DNA of 64,000 nucleotides. Source: Negaprion brevirostris. Taxonomy: Eukaryota. The stretch is taken from contig JARDVH010000115.1 in assembly GCA_030324005.1 (NCBI GenBank), forward strand, positions 40,793,275 through 40,857,274. Reading direction: 5' to 3'. The position numbers were made by a program, and so were the translations under genes. Below the pieces are notes generated by a model. That model was not told where the DNA came from. It did no database searches and saw only the letters and a list, made by a program, of their open reading frames with translations. Positions 14,075 to 27,836 of this stretch are shown here, one piece after another (the first letter of the stretch is position 1; every line of letters starts with the position of its first letter).

Positions 14075-16090
14075 TGGTGGGCAATTAACCAACTAACCTG
14101 AGGAGGAGGCTCCACAAATATCCCATTGAAGAATCCAGCACATCAATGCAAAAGGCAAGCCTGAAGCTTTGTCAACTATCGTTGGCCAGAAATACCTTGT
14201 GGATGATCCATCATGGAGTCTTTTAAGGTCCTCAGTGTCAAAGATGCCAGTCTTCAACCAATTTGATTCACTCCATGTGGTGTCAAGAAATGGCTGCAAG
14301 CACTGGATACTTCAATAGCTAAGGTCCTGATAATATGCTACAGTAGTACTGAAGACTTGTACTGCAGAACTAGCTGCACCTCTAACCAAACTGCTCCAGT
14401 ACAACTAATGTACTACATAGGCATCTACCCAACAATATGGAAAATTGCCACAAACAGCAGGATCTTGCCAATTACAGCCCCATCAGTCTACTATTGATAC
14501 CAACAAAGTGATGCAAGGTGTCATCAATAATGCTATCAAGTAGTACTTTGATTTGGAAATGCTAAGTAAGTGGGTAAGAACATAGTAGATGGAATATAGT
14601 GTGGAAAAATGTGAAGCTATCCATTTTGATAGGGTAAAGAGAATTGCAGAGTGTCTTAACTGGTGAGAGACTGGGAAGTGTTGACATCCAAAGAAACCTT
14701 GATGTCTATGTTCATAAAACACTGAAAGCAAACTTCAGGTTCAACAAACAATTAAGAAGGCAAATGATATCTTAACCCTTTTTTGCAAGGGGATTTAATT
14801 TCTTGTTACATGAACATTGTGCAATTATCAGCGAACATACACATTTTTGACCTAATGATGGAGGGAAAATCATTGATGAAGCAGTTGAAGGTGGTTGGGC
14901 CTAGGATATTACCCCAAGAAGCTCCTGTAACAATGCCCTGGGACTGAGTTAACTGGCTTCCAACAACCGCAACCATCTTCTGTTGTGGTAGTATGAGTCC
15001 AACCAGTTGAGAGTATTGCCCTTGATTCCCATTGATTTCAGTTTTGCCAAGTCTCTTTGATGTCACACTTAGTCAAATGCTACTTTGATGTCAAGAACAG
15101 TTACCCTCACCTCCCTTCTTGAGTTCAGTTCTTTTGTTTGCGTTTGCACCAAGGCTGTATGTAATGAAATCGGCTTGGTACAACCCTAACTGAGCATCAG
15201 TAAGCAGGTTATTGATCATAAGGTCAGAAATGTGAATGTTCACTGATAATTGCACAATGTTTAGCACCGTTCATGACTCCTCAGATACTGAAGCAGTCTT
15301 GTCCATATACAGCAAAACCTGGACAATAGTCAGGCTTGGACTATCAAGTATTAAACAATATTCTCACCACACAACCAAGCAATGACCATCTCCAACAAGA
15401 AAAAAACAACCATCGTTCCTTGACAGTCAATGATATTACTGTTGCTGAATCACCATCCTGCGAGTTACCGTTGACCAGAAACTGAATAGGACTAACCATA
15501 AAAACACTGTGGCTCAAAGAGCAGTTCAAAGGCTGGGAATTTCTCTGTGAGTAACTCATTTCCTGACTTCCAAAAAGCCTGTTCACTATCTACAGAACAC
15601 AAGTCAGGAGTATGATGGAATATTTGCATGGATGCATGCAACTCAACAACGCTCAGGAAGCTCAATGCCAAACAGGACAAAACTGCCCACTTGATTTGCA
15701 CCCCCTTAAGCAGTCACTTCTTCCATTACTAATGCGCAGTGACAGCCATGTGTGCTATATGCAAGTTATACTGCAGCAACTCATCAAGTCTCCTTCAACA
15801 GCGTTTTATAAACCTGTGACCTACCACACTGAAGGGCAAGGGCAGCAGATCAATGGGAACATCAGCACCTACAAGTTCCCCTCCAAACCACACATCATCC
15901 TGATTTGAAACTGTATATCCATTCCTTCCCTATATCCTAGAATCCCTTTCTTGACAGCACTGTGGATGTACCCACATGACCAGGATTGCAGCAGATCAGG
16001 AAGATGGCTCACCACCACCTTTTTGAGGGCAGTTAGGGCTGGGGAACCAATGTGGCCTGGTCAGTAACACTGACATTCTGTGAAAGAACG
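14075..16090 (+). mobile_element. CR1-group (L2/Crack-like) LINE with an internal inverted segment and a nested CR1 piece
   Basis: RT motifs GPTTFNCFINDFPS...MFADNCT. The family recurs at 21440-22820, 32755-35570, 37620-38180(-), 12110-12215(-), 31260-31410(-) and 63480-63620(-). Confidence 0.7.
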
Positions 16091-19000
16091 AATTAAAAAT
16101 AACCATATAGTCATTATTTTGTTGCTGAAGTATACTTGTTCATTTCAATCAAAAGTAGTAAAGTTCATCTGAAAATCTGTCTGATTATTTCACCCTCCAC
16201 GCACTGCTACACTAGTGATCTCATAAGACTTGTCGCTGTCCCAAAAATTGAATGGTAAATTGTACCCAAACAATGTGTGTACTTCCTAGCAGACGTTCAT
16301 AGTAGCATTGACGAGGGCAATCTCTACAGTACGATTACTTGAAGAGAGAAACCTAATGCAACTGCCTAAAATTGAAGAAATGCGGTCTGGTACACATGTC
16401 CAAAAAGTACTTGAAAAGGAAGAGAGAAACTTGATGCTGTTGCTTTAATAACTGTGCGGTTGACCATTGTTGGAGGATAAAATTAATGATTGTACTTGAT
16501 TAAAAAAAATTCTAGTGAAGCCTTTTTTGTGCTAAAATCACTTCCCCTTTCTGTTCATTTTAATTTTTCTCGATTGCACATGTGCCAGGTGGCATGGTAT
16601 TAGACGCTGGTAGAAATCCTTTTTTAATATAATTTATGAAATCTTCCATGAAATGCTGATGTAATTTCCTGCTGTACTGCATTCTCATGAAGCAAACCTC
16701 CCTTGGAGACTGTATTTAGACCAGATGTACTCCCAGCTAGGTTGCCAAAGCATGCAATGCACACTATTTTTTATCTGCTGCTTAGTGACCTCAGCTCAGC
16801 CACCTCTTAGATAATTTCCTGAACAACACAAAAAGATCTAGTACAGTACAAAATACGACCTAAACTGGATCCAGTGCTTTGCATGAATAAAAAATTATAA
16901 TTAGGGCTGCATGGTTTGTTGAACAACCTACCTGGCAATTTTTCACATCTGTCTAAGAAATCATTAATGTTTTTTGTCTGGTCTGATGTTGGAGTTCAAA
17001 TACATTCCTGAGAAAACATGTATTACTTAAAGGCTGCCAAGAATAGATCAAAGATTTATTGTACTGTACAAAGTACAGTAATCTTAAATTCTTCCTCAAG
17101 CAGGAAAAATAAGGTCACACATTGTATTTTTCTTCTGTCCACGTTTATACTGCAATTTGAATGGGTCACTTTGACTTGCAGTAATTTATTTATATATGCC
17201 TTGTTGTTAGTTTCAGCTGAGCATCTATCAGATTCCTCTTTGTGTTAGGAGTTGTGCTGATGCCAATATTCCTGTTAGATACTACTGCCCACTTTCAGAG
17301 ACTCTGAAGTCAATCATTGACACAACAAAGTTTGCTGTTTAAAAATAACCCATATTCAGTCATGCTCTCATTTTGGATATGTGTACCAGACCACATTTCT
17401 TCAATTTTAGGCAGTTGCATTAGGATCACATTGGGAAAAAATATTTACAGACAATTCTGCACAATTGGTTTGTGCATATGCACCCAGTGTTCTGTTTCCC
17501 AGTCACTAAGTTATCCAAAATCCCAGATGTGTAGCATGGAGTTGTCCTAATTCCTCTTGTTTTCACAAGAAGTCTCATCTATATAGGTTTAGATGACAAG
17601 TTGTCAGAAGTCATCTGTAACAAGGCCAGGTACAACTCTGTTGGAAGCATGGTAATACTTGAATGGTTTAGACCGGGCATCATTTGTAGGCCCTCAGCAA
17701 TCTTGCAATAGGTAAGACTTGACCTTGACCCTATGCAAACTGGGGTGCAGAGTTCCAGATGTTGACACCATCTGGAGTGAGTTTCCTCACTGCTCTGGAA
17801 TTTCCTTTCTAAATCTTTCTGCCTCCCTCTCTTCTTCTTCAAGACATTCCTTAAAACCTATCCCATTGACCAAACTTTTGATGACCTCCCTAATATCACC
17901 TTATGTGGACTTGGTGTCAGTCTGTGTTAGGTAACACTCGTGTGAAGTACGACATTAAAGATGCTATAAAAATGCAAGCTGTTGTTATTATGTGGATTGA
18001 GGCAAGACCTCAAAACCTAGTCTCTTATGTTCTTATGGAGATTAACAATTCTGATATCGTTCTAGGCAGAATCTCATAGAAAACTCACAGCCCAACAGAG
18101 AATGGGACATCCTCATCCAGTCGATTGATCTGCCTGGCTTTGATTGCACTGATCTTGCCAAGCAGAACTACAATATTCCATTACCAAATTTGAGTTTGCT
18201 TTATGGCCTTAAAAGGCATCAGCTATCCAACAGAAANNNNNNNNNNNNNNNNNNNNNNNNNNNNNNNNNNNNNNNNNNNNNNNNNNNNNNNNNNNNNNNN
18301 NNNNNNNNNNNNNNNNNNNNNNNNNNNNNNNNNNNNGTCAGATTTCATTGTTTTAAATGATCAAGTAAATGCAATGATAATAACAACAGAACAAGGTCAA
18401 ATGCCAGATCAGAGCTCTGATGCTAAAATAATATTTGGGAAAGGTGAACCTGAGACAAATGACTTGTCTGGGTTTAGTAAGATTATGGCTGGGTCAGAGG
18501 CACCACTATATTGCTAAACAAGAACCTGCATCCGGAACAGATGCCTTGCCAAGTGAGCTTGCTGAGCCAGACAGGACCAGCATGCAGTCTTTCATCTGTT
18601 TATAACTGTTGGGCCAATCAAAATCCTGCTGACCACAAAGTGCCGGCTGGAAAGGATGACTGTGGAATTCAGTTTGACAGTTAGGAGTAAAACATAAGTT
18701 ACCTAGCATAATCCCTCACTAACTTCTACAAATTTCTCATTGGATGCCTCCTTTAGTCAGAAAATGTAAAAATGCATTTCCGTTGTCCTCCTCATGAGAC
18801 ATATCTGAATAAGTTCAGTTCTTCAGTAATCTGGCAGCTAACTGAGCACTTCAACATGTGGAAATAATTTAGTTTGATACTGCTGTCACAAATCAGAAAG
18901 TCATAGCAGTTGAATAAATGTATCCTTCTGATTTATGCATTTGGACAAAGGTGCAGATAATTTCTGTCTTGAAAATTAGCCTCCATCTTTGATTACCTGA

Positions 19001-19962
19001 CGTTTCGTATAACCCTATTGTAGATAGTGATTAGTTTGCTGTTGCTCTGTAATATTTTTGTGAAATAAATGACTTGTGGGAGCTGATAAATGTCATGTTG
19101 AAATTGTGGATTGAGAAGAATTTTCCCTGCAAGGAACAACTTAGCAAATATTTTGCAGCTACCAATTCCAAAATGATTTGACTAGTCCAAAAGCCATTGT
19201 GAAAGATATAATGAATTTCCACTGATATAACACCTTTTGCTTGCTTGGGCATCCCAAATATTTCAAAGCCAATGAAAAACAGTAACTTTTATGAAAATGT
19301 GTGGCAGTCAATGTATACACAGCACGATCCCACAAACACTGAGATGAGCAATCTAATCAATTTTGGTAGTGCTGGTTCAGGGATAGAAATTGATCGGGAC
19401 CAAAGGAGAACTCATCCAACCCACACACACCGCTCCATTCCTTGAATAATGCCACAAGAAATTTTACATTCCTGAAGAAACAGACAAAGCTTCTCATCTG
19501 AAAAGTAGCACCTCAGGCAGTGCATGGCCGACAGTACTGCACTTTAAATTCGGTTGGATTATGTGTTCATGTCTGTGCAATGGGACTTCAACCCTCAGCC
19601 ATCTGGCTCAGAGGTGATGCAACTTGTGAACTGAAGCTAACCCTGAAATATTTGCTCCCCTCTCAATTCTGATCTTGTACAGTTACATTCAGTGCAAGAT
19701 TGCTACTTAATGTATTATCTGCAAAGGGGATATTACAATATATCTTCACTGCTTTGAAATTCAGTGATTTTCAAATGCTAGGATAGCTTTGGTTGAAATA
19801 ATACTAAGAATGGAAACTTCACAATCCTGGTTAACTTGTAGGGAAATATCTTTAACCCCCTTGTATCTTTAAATTATGATTTTAACAGGCTGACAAATTT
19901 GACATAGACTTAGGAATGAATGATATAAGAGATTAATAGTAATTAATTAAATTATATTTCAG

Positions 19963-20035
19963 TGATGAAGCTGAAAAAATTCGAATTGGGAAAACTGTGG
20001 ATGCCTGGATCACTGTCATTAGCCAGGATATACAG
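19963..20035 (+). CDS. KIAA0586: TALPID3 coding exon (73 nt, phase 2 to 0): DEAEKIRIGKTVDAWITVISQDIQ
   Basis: tttcAG acceptor and CAG|GTATGT donor. The peptide resembles human TALPID3 as recalled ([21 protein letters not shown]). Confidence 0.88.
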
Positions 20036-22199
20036 GTATGTTTAAGAAAAAAATGTGGTCAATCCTCTTTAATTAATGTATTTTAATTGAATATTCAACT
20101 GAGTATTTGTTTTGATTTGACCTGAAAATTAATTATCACTGGTCTTTGTTGGGGAGACCATGTAAAAGAATTTTCAGTATTGTGATTAGCAATGATTATA
20201 TGGTGCTCCATACATTGTCCTTTAACATGACACTGACTTAACCCAATAATGATGTGTAAACAATTGTGTTTTATAGTTAGCTAATTTTAAATGATGAATA
20301 TTATTATATCAAATAATATAAATATCTTTTTGAATCTACTCAAGTTAAGCTGGGAACAAGACATACAACATGAGGGATCTGATTTGTAATTGCTTGAGGT
20401 CTGATTTAGCAATGCTTGTGTTAGCTCTAACGATTCCATTGTTCATGTACACTCATGGTCTCAGACCAGTATACCCTGGAGGAAGGCTGTCTGGAGAGAA
20501 ATTGATACCCCAGATCCTACAAAATAGTTTTTGGTTAATATTTCTCTTTTTTTCAACACAACTAAAACTGATCGGCTGCTCATTGATCTCATTGCTATTT
20601 GCTGAATCATGCTATCTCAAAAATGGCTGCCAAATTTGTCTATTATTATTGCAAAGTAATTTATCAAGTATGAACTGTTTGAAAAAAAATGAGAGGCATA
20701 ATAAGACTCGATGTGCGTATAACTGCTTAGTGCTTTCAATTCGTTTCACTTTGTGCAGCTTAGGCTGCACGTTGTTTACTTGTAGTTGAAGCCATTGAAT
20801 TTGAGAGTCATACCTAAGCTGCTTTTATATTCATTTCACTGGGATGTTTTCACTGGTGGCTCTCAAAGAGTGAACCTCGCGCTGTAGCTGTCAGAATCAC
20901 TGAATCTATTTTTAAAAATATCAGTTAATGTCAGGTGGACAGACAGCAGACTGACACCAATGTAAAAGCAGCTTTAGTTTCCACACACAAGAGCTAGTTT
21001 CAGTGGCATCTGTCTTAAAGTTTTACTCTGATGTGTGCACAAATGTCTACTGCTCATAACACCCAGGACTTATTTGTAGAAAGCCCCTGTTGTTTTTCCT
21101 CATGTATTTCAAAATTTTAAAGGAGTAGTTTGTATTAAATAAGATGTTATATAAATAGTGAATAAAAATGAAGCAAAGTAGGCCGATCTGCATTGCAAAT
21201 AGGTTGATTAACATTTTGGATAGAAGCCCTTTTATTGAGCTGATCTCCATTGAAAACATCAGCCTGACTGATTGAATAATCACAATTGTATTATTGTTAC
21301 TGTTTTCATCTTTAATGGCATGGATATTTCACAGAAATGGCAATAAAATTGGTATGTCATGCATTTAAAGTATCACAAACTGGTTTTGTGTGAACTGTAT
21401 GGAAAGTAAAAGGAAACAGCAACATTACAGCAGGAGTTCCTCAGAATAGTATCCTAGGCCCTACCATCTGATTCAAAGCTGTTTCCATCTTAGAGTCAGA
21501 AGTGGGGGTGTTTGCTGGTGATTGCACAATTAGTACCATTTGTGACTCCTCAGGTAGTGAAGCAGTCCTTGTCCAAATGCAGCAATACCCGGACAATATC
21601 CAAGCCACTGTTAAGTGGGTAGGTAACATTCACACCACACAAGTGCTAGGCAACAACCTCTCCAACAAGAGAGGATCTAACTATCACCCCTTGACATTTC
21701 AATGGCATTACCATCACTGAATCCCCCAGTATTAACATCTTGGAGCTTATTATTGACCAGAAACTGAACTGGATTTGCCATATAAATACCTGACACTACC
21801 AAAGCAGGTCAAAGGCTAGAAATCCTGTGTTGAGTAACTCACCTCTTGTCTCCCTAAAGCCTGCCCATCATCTACAAGGCATGAGTCAGGAGTGTAATGG
21901 AATACTCCCTACTTGTTTGGACGAGTGCAGCTCCAACAACACTCAACAAGCTTGACGCCATCCAGGACAAGCAGCCCGCTTAATTCCTACTCCTTCCATA
22001 AACATTCAATCCTTCGAATAATAGAGTCCTACAGTGCAGAAGGAGGCCATTTGGCCCATCGAGTCTGCACCTACCCCAATCCCCCCAGGCCCTATCCACA
22101 TAACTCTATGCATTTACCCTAGCTAGTTCCCCTGATGCTAGGGGGACTTTAGCATGGCCAATTCACANNNNNNNNNNGCAGGAACTCACCAGTGTTCCT

Positions 22200-22530
22200 T
22201 ATACAGCATCTTACGGGATACTGCGAGGCCTAGATAGAGTGGACATGGAGAGGATGTTTCCACTAGTAGGAAAAACTGGAACCAGAGGGCACAACCTCAG
22301 GCTAAAGGGACAGAGATGAGGAAGAATCTGTGAAAGTGGTGAATCTGTGGAACTCTTTGCAGCAGAAGGCTGTGGAGGTCGGGTTATTGAGTGTCTTTAA
22401 GACAGAGATAGGTTCTTGATTGATAAGAAAATCAGGGGTTATGGGGATGAGAAAAAGAATCAGCCATGATTGAATGGCGGAGCAGACTCGATGGGCCAAA
22501 TGACCTAATTCTGCTCCTATGTCTTATGTT
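22200..22530 (+). mobile_element. CR1/HER1-like LINE 3' end
   Basis: Ends ...gcagactcgatgggccaaatgacctaattctgctcctatgtcttatg. Related ends at 42230-42445(+), 34355-35085(-) and 47910-48160(-). Confidence 0.7.
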
Positions 22531-23469
22531 TATGTCCATAAACCTTTGACCACTATCAACTGGAAGGACAAAAGTGGTAGATACCTGGAAACAACAACAC
22601 CTGGAGGTTCCCCTCTAAGTCATTCACTAGCCTGACTTGGAATGATACTGATTTTCCTTCACTATCACTGGGTCAAATCCTGGAATTCTGTCCATGACAG
22701 CACTACCCCTCTGGGACTGCAGTTCAAGAAGACAGTTCACCACCACCTTCAGAAGGGCAATTTAGAGATGGGCAATAAATGCTGACCCAGCGAGCGATGC
22801 CCAAAACCTATAGATACATTTTTGAAAAGCAGAACAGATCTTTCAGCTACATCAGCGTTGAATAGTCTTCACTAAAATGTTAACCTGCCTTTCTTTTTCC
22901 AATGCTGAGGAACCTGCTTTTATTTCAGATTTGCTGCATGTTGATCTTTTCTTTGTAAAACTTCTGCCTGAATGATACAGATAACAATGGCAGTCACCAA
23001 CAGTAAAACTGTGTGCAGGAGCCCTCTCTCTTGTTTTTCTAATGCGTGAAAATAACAGAGCAGCATTGATTCCTTGCATCTCCACCAGCCACATTCTATT
23101 GATCTGTTTTGCATTTTGTAGAATAATACCGTAGTTTCCATGGTGATGGTGTTGCACAATCCAGCTTCCTATCAATACTCTCTTTGCATGCACCCCATGC
23201 AAGCACCTTTGAGAGATATTTTTACCATTTTCCTTGTTATTTCTGTGAAATATCCCTGGCATTGAAAGTGAAAATAACTAACACAAAACAGTAATTTATG
23301 CATACTAAGTAATACATTATAGTCAAGAGCACGAGTATTTGAGGACTCGTTTAAAGATGAGCTTTAAATACTATCATTAGTTGCAGAGCAATAAAATTAA
23401 GGTTAATGTTGAGCCATTTTATGATACGGAATGTTTGTTTTAGGAGAGACTCTGCAACAGTGGGTGCTC

Positions 23470-24470
23470 CTGTCATTTTGATTGATCACTCAGTCCATGT
23501 TAGACACAATGTTCTCCATGCTCTGCTTGCAGTCTGAAAACACATTTGAGCTGGACTCCTCCATGCTCTGTTCCATTTTATGCAAGCTCACAAGCAGGCT
23601 GCATTATGCACCTAACATTTCCAAGTATATGCTCATCAGCCTTCTTCGGTGGTCCGGAAACTGGAAGACAGTATTTGAGTTCTCTGCAGCAGAACTATTT
23701 TGCAATCTCAGCCTCCTATAAGCTGAGGCGTCCCACATCCCTGCCCTCGCTCTCGAATCCTGAAGTTGTGGATGAACTTCCCTCGCAAGAAAGAAGCAAG
23801 TTTGCCACTGACAATCTTGAGCTGATTAGAGAATGTCCCTGTCATTTTGGAATTGCTGATATGCCGTGTTTCAGCTGTGAGGTGTGCGGAAGTGAGAGTC
23901 ACAGAAGTGATGAGTATCAGGACAAGGATGTGTAATAAAGTGCGGTGCACTGCTTGCTGGCTAGTACCAGGGGAATGAAGTTTTGTGTGTAGTGGGGTGG
24001 GAGGTGTTAAAGAGTACTTTGGCAACTCTGGTGAGATCATTGAATTTCTTTCAACATTGTTCCCCTGAGAGTTGGGCACCAATCATTCATGCTCTCTCTG
24101 ATGTTTCCAGAATGGCGATACTGTTTTGAATTTCCTTCAGCAGGTTTCTGACCAATGGTGGCCTCATTTAAGCATAGTTTTGTTGCACATATTTATTCTG
24201 GCTTCATCAGTATGTTGTTGGACATTGATAGTACATGCTGGGACAGCTTCTAGATTGAGTTGAAAAACCACTTTGCTGTATCTTTTAACTCTCATAAGCA
24301 TGTAGATCGTCTTATAGGAATGGAATCCTGGATCATAATAAATCCAGAGAGTATAATCTGGTAACAGTAAATTCAGTTCTGTACAAATGATCACATCCCC
24401 CAGGATTTGAAACAGAGGCTTCTGCCTCAAGCATTAACGGGTAGAGTGATGTTCTCTCACATGATGATGG
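23470..24470 (-). mobile_element. Highly degenerate Gypsy-like remnant (gag zinc-knuckle and integrase pieces)
   Basis: Fragmentary Cys/His-knuckle-like and integrase-like peptides on the minus strand. Confidence 0.4.
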
Positions 24471-25120
24471 ANNNNNNNNNNGCCTCAGAAATTTCTTGTC
24501 CTTTCTTATCCTTCAACATCTCTTCAGTCAGCTTATACTCTTATTCCTTGCATTTTTACCAAACCACTAAACATCACATGTAGGTGGTTTGCACCTTTCA
24601 CCAATCTGCCCATTCCATTAACCTGCCTATACTCACTTGATATCACGGAACTTGAGTATAGCTCAAAAATGAGACATTCTGTTGAATCTTTTCATCTTGC
24701 ACTCATCGGCAAAGGCCCAAGAATGGCAGATTTCAAAGGGAACAACAATACCTCATGATATAAAAGCAAAATACTGTGCATGCTGATGCAGGAAAATCTC
24801 AGCAGGTCTGACAGCATCTGTGGAGAGAGAATAGAGCCAACGTTTGAAGTCTGGATGACCCTTTGTCAGAGAGCCCCANNNNNNNNNNAAAGAACCCTGT
24901 TTAGATTCCGAACACATGACAAAAGATGATGGCAGCAGATGGCCAGTAAAAGACACAGAAAATTTTAACAAGCAGCTACAGACCTGGCAAGTCAAGAGAT
25001 CTTTGAAAGAAGGACCTTAGGAACAGATTCAAAACTTACCAAAAAGTTGCAGCATCGTGAGTGCAACACATTCAAGCTGAGACACATGCCTGAGTCTGAA
25101 CAGCAGTGTGCGCAGACTTG

Positions 25121-27836
25121 ACATGAGCAATTTCATCCACTTTATGCTTAGCTTCAATTTTTGGCATGCCTTCTTGCTTAGTGGAGAGCATAATTAATTT
25201 TGTATGACTTGGAGAAGTTTGACGATTTTTCTAACCATCTAATTCAACTTTGCCATGAGTTGGCTTTTGACTTTCAATGTAGTCCCATCAGGACCCTGTA
25301 ATTTGAGGGTTACAATGTAATCTGAACCATTTAATTTTGTCTGATAGAATAGAAATACCTGCTCCTGTGTCTGGTGGACATTTTTCATGTGGTTCATTAT
25401 GGTTCAGGTGCATTGTGGTAATGTTATGACATTTCTATAAATAGAGCATGCTACCACTTGAATGAGGTCTGATGTAATTCATTTGGGATTTGTAGTCCTT
25501 AAGCTTACACGCACACCCCATGCCCCTTCCTCCTCCCTCTCCCCCCAGACTTCATAGGAATACCCCAGGCTAGGACTATGTCTCATGGAATCAGGCATGT
25601 GCAGGGCCAGGGCCTTTTGTGAGCCATGCACAAGAAGTGCCTTTCACATGCTCATCTGTTGCAACGCCCTAGCATTGTCAGTACTACATGCGGATATTTG
25701 CCTTCAGTTGTCCAGGTGAGCTGATCTGCATCTCCACCCACCCCTGATAACCCAACTCTCATGCAGCATCTCAAGGTCTCCATCATGAAGCTCTGCATAG
25801 TTGAGAGCAACCACGATTTATTTGAACCATTGTAACTTTCCATTTCCAGTCCAAAACATTTGCCTTCCCATCCCCTTATAACCTACAGCCCCCACACACC
25901 CATCATCAATGAACCCTCCCCCCCAGGTGTAACATTTGACCTTTCCAGTTACCCTTCAATACAGGNNNNNNNNNNNNNNNNNNNNNNNNNNNNNNNNNNN
26001 NNNNNNNNNNNNNNNNNNNNNNNNNNNNNNNNNNNNNNNNNNNNNNNNNNNNNNNNNNNNNNNNNNNNNNNNNNATGTTGAGTCATTATTTCTGTCAGTG
26101 GCCAGTATGAAGCCATTTGCATCACGCTAATGGGATGCAGATGAAGACCTGACCAGAATTGTCTCCCTTTTTCCAATTATCTGCACCACCCATGAGATAT
26201 CAGTCCAATCGGAACATGTCTGGACCAATATGTGCACCTATTGGTACTTATTGTAAGAGCGCCTGGGATATCTTGTGGCAATCAGACGATGGAGTCCTCC
26301 CGTGACCGTGGACCCTGGAACGTCAGGTGTAGCGGTGCATGGATGGAGCATCAACCACATGGATCTTTTTGCTGCAGTAGCTTCTAGAGCGAGATGGATA
26401 TTTTCACTGCAGGTGGATGGCAACATGGGGTACTGTTGAGTAACAATGGTCTGTGCTGGGTGGGGAAGAAACAGGAAAGTGAGGAATGAAATGGGTGTGC
26501 AGGCTTTGAGGGGGGGGCAGAGGAGATTGGGAATGGTAGGGGAAAGTGAGAGATGCTATAGTGATCCATTATGGTGCAGTTGTGATGGATATGAGGTGGC
26601 AGTATGCTGCTGTGAACAGCATGGGAAGTTATGGAGATCTGACTAGGCATGAGGGGTGAGCAGGTATGGTCGGATATGGTGGGTGTGCAGATGTGATGAG
26701 CACGGGTGGGCAAGAGAGGGAAGGGGTTCAGAGGGAGGAATCCATCGTGTCAACTGATGAATCATGGAGGGCATACTGAGGGAATTGTTGACAGGAAGGG
26801 ATGATCAAAATTAAAGGGTCAATGGAAACCAGCAGGGTGGGAGGGTTAGTCTTTGGTAATAGCAGCTGAAGGGGCACTGGGGAGATTTGGAAGTAAAAGC
26901 AGATTCTGAGGATCGGCAGATTGAAGGAGAGGCATGGGGGTGGGGGGAAGGTAGAGGACATGGACGTTCACCTGTATTGAAGGGTAACTGGAAATATCAA
27001 ATGTTACACCTGGGGGGGGAGGGTTCATTGATGATGGGTGTGTGAGGGTTGCAGGTCATATGGGGAGGGGGAGGCAAATGTTTTGGACTGGAAGTGGAAG
27101 GTTACGATGGTTCAAATGAACCATGGCTGCTCTCAACTATGCAGAGCTTCATGGTGGAGATCTTGAGATACAGCATGGGAGTTGGTTTATCAGGAATAGG
27201 TGGAGATGCAGGTCAGCTCACCTGGACAACTGAAGGGGAATATCAACGTGTAGTACTGAATGCTGGGGTGTTGCAACAGATGAGCATGTGAAAGGCACTT
27301 CTTGTGCATGGCTTACAAGGGCTGTGGCAAGTACTTTGCCTCTCTGCACATGCATGATTCCATGAGACATAAACCNNNNNNNNNNAGCCTGGGGTATCCC
27401 TATGAAGTTGTGGGAGGGGAGGAGGAAGAGGCGTGGGGTGTGCGTGCAACCTTAAGGACTACAGATTGCAAGTGAATCACATCAGACCTCATTCAAGTGT
27501 TATTGTGTTCTATTTATAGAAGTGTCATAATATTAACAATCATAATGCACCTGTGGAACCACATGAAAAATGTCCATTAGACACAGAAGCAGGTGTTTCT
27601 ATTTTATCAGACAAAATCAAATGGCTCAGACAGATTATATTGTAATCCTCAGATTATAGAGTCCTAGTGGCATTATACTGAAAGTCAAAGGCCAACTCAT
27701 GGCAAAGTTAAATTAGATGGCTAGAGAAATCATCAAACCTCTCCAAGTCATACAAAATCAATTATGCTCTCCACTAGGCAGGAAGGCATGCCAAAAATTG
27801 AAGCTAACCCATAAAAGTGGATGAAGTTGCTCATGT
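25121..27836. repeat. Long inverted duplication: arms ~25121-25965 and ~26970-27836 with a ~1-kb spacer
   Basis: The arms align in reverse complement over ~850 bp (e.g. acatgagcaatttcatccac / gtggatgaagttgctcatgt). Mirrored ORFs 25652-25843(-) and 27049-27291(+) give near-identical peptides. Confidence 0.9.
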
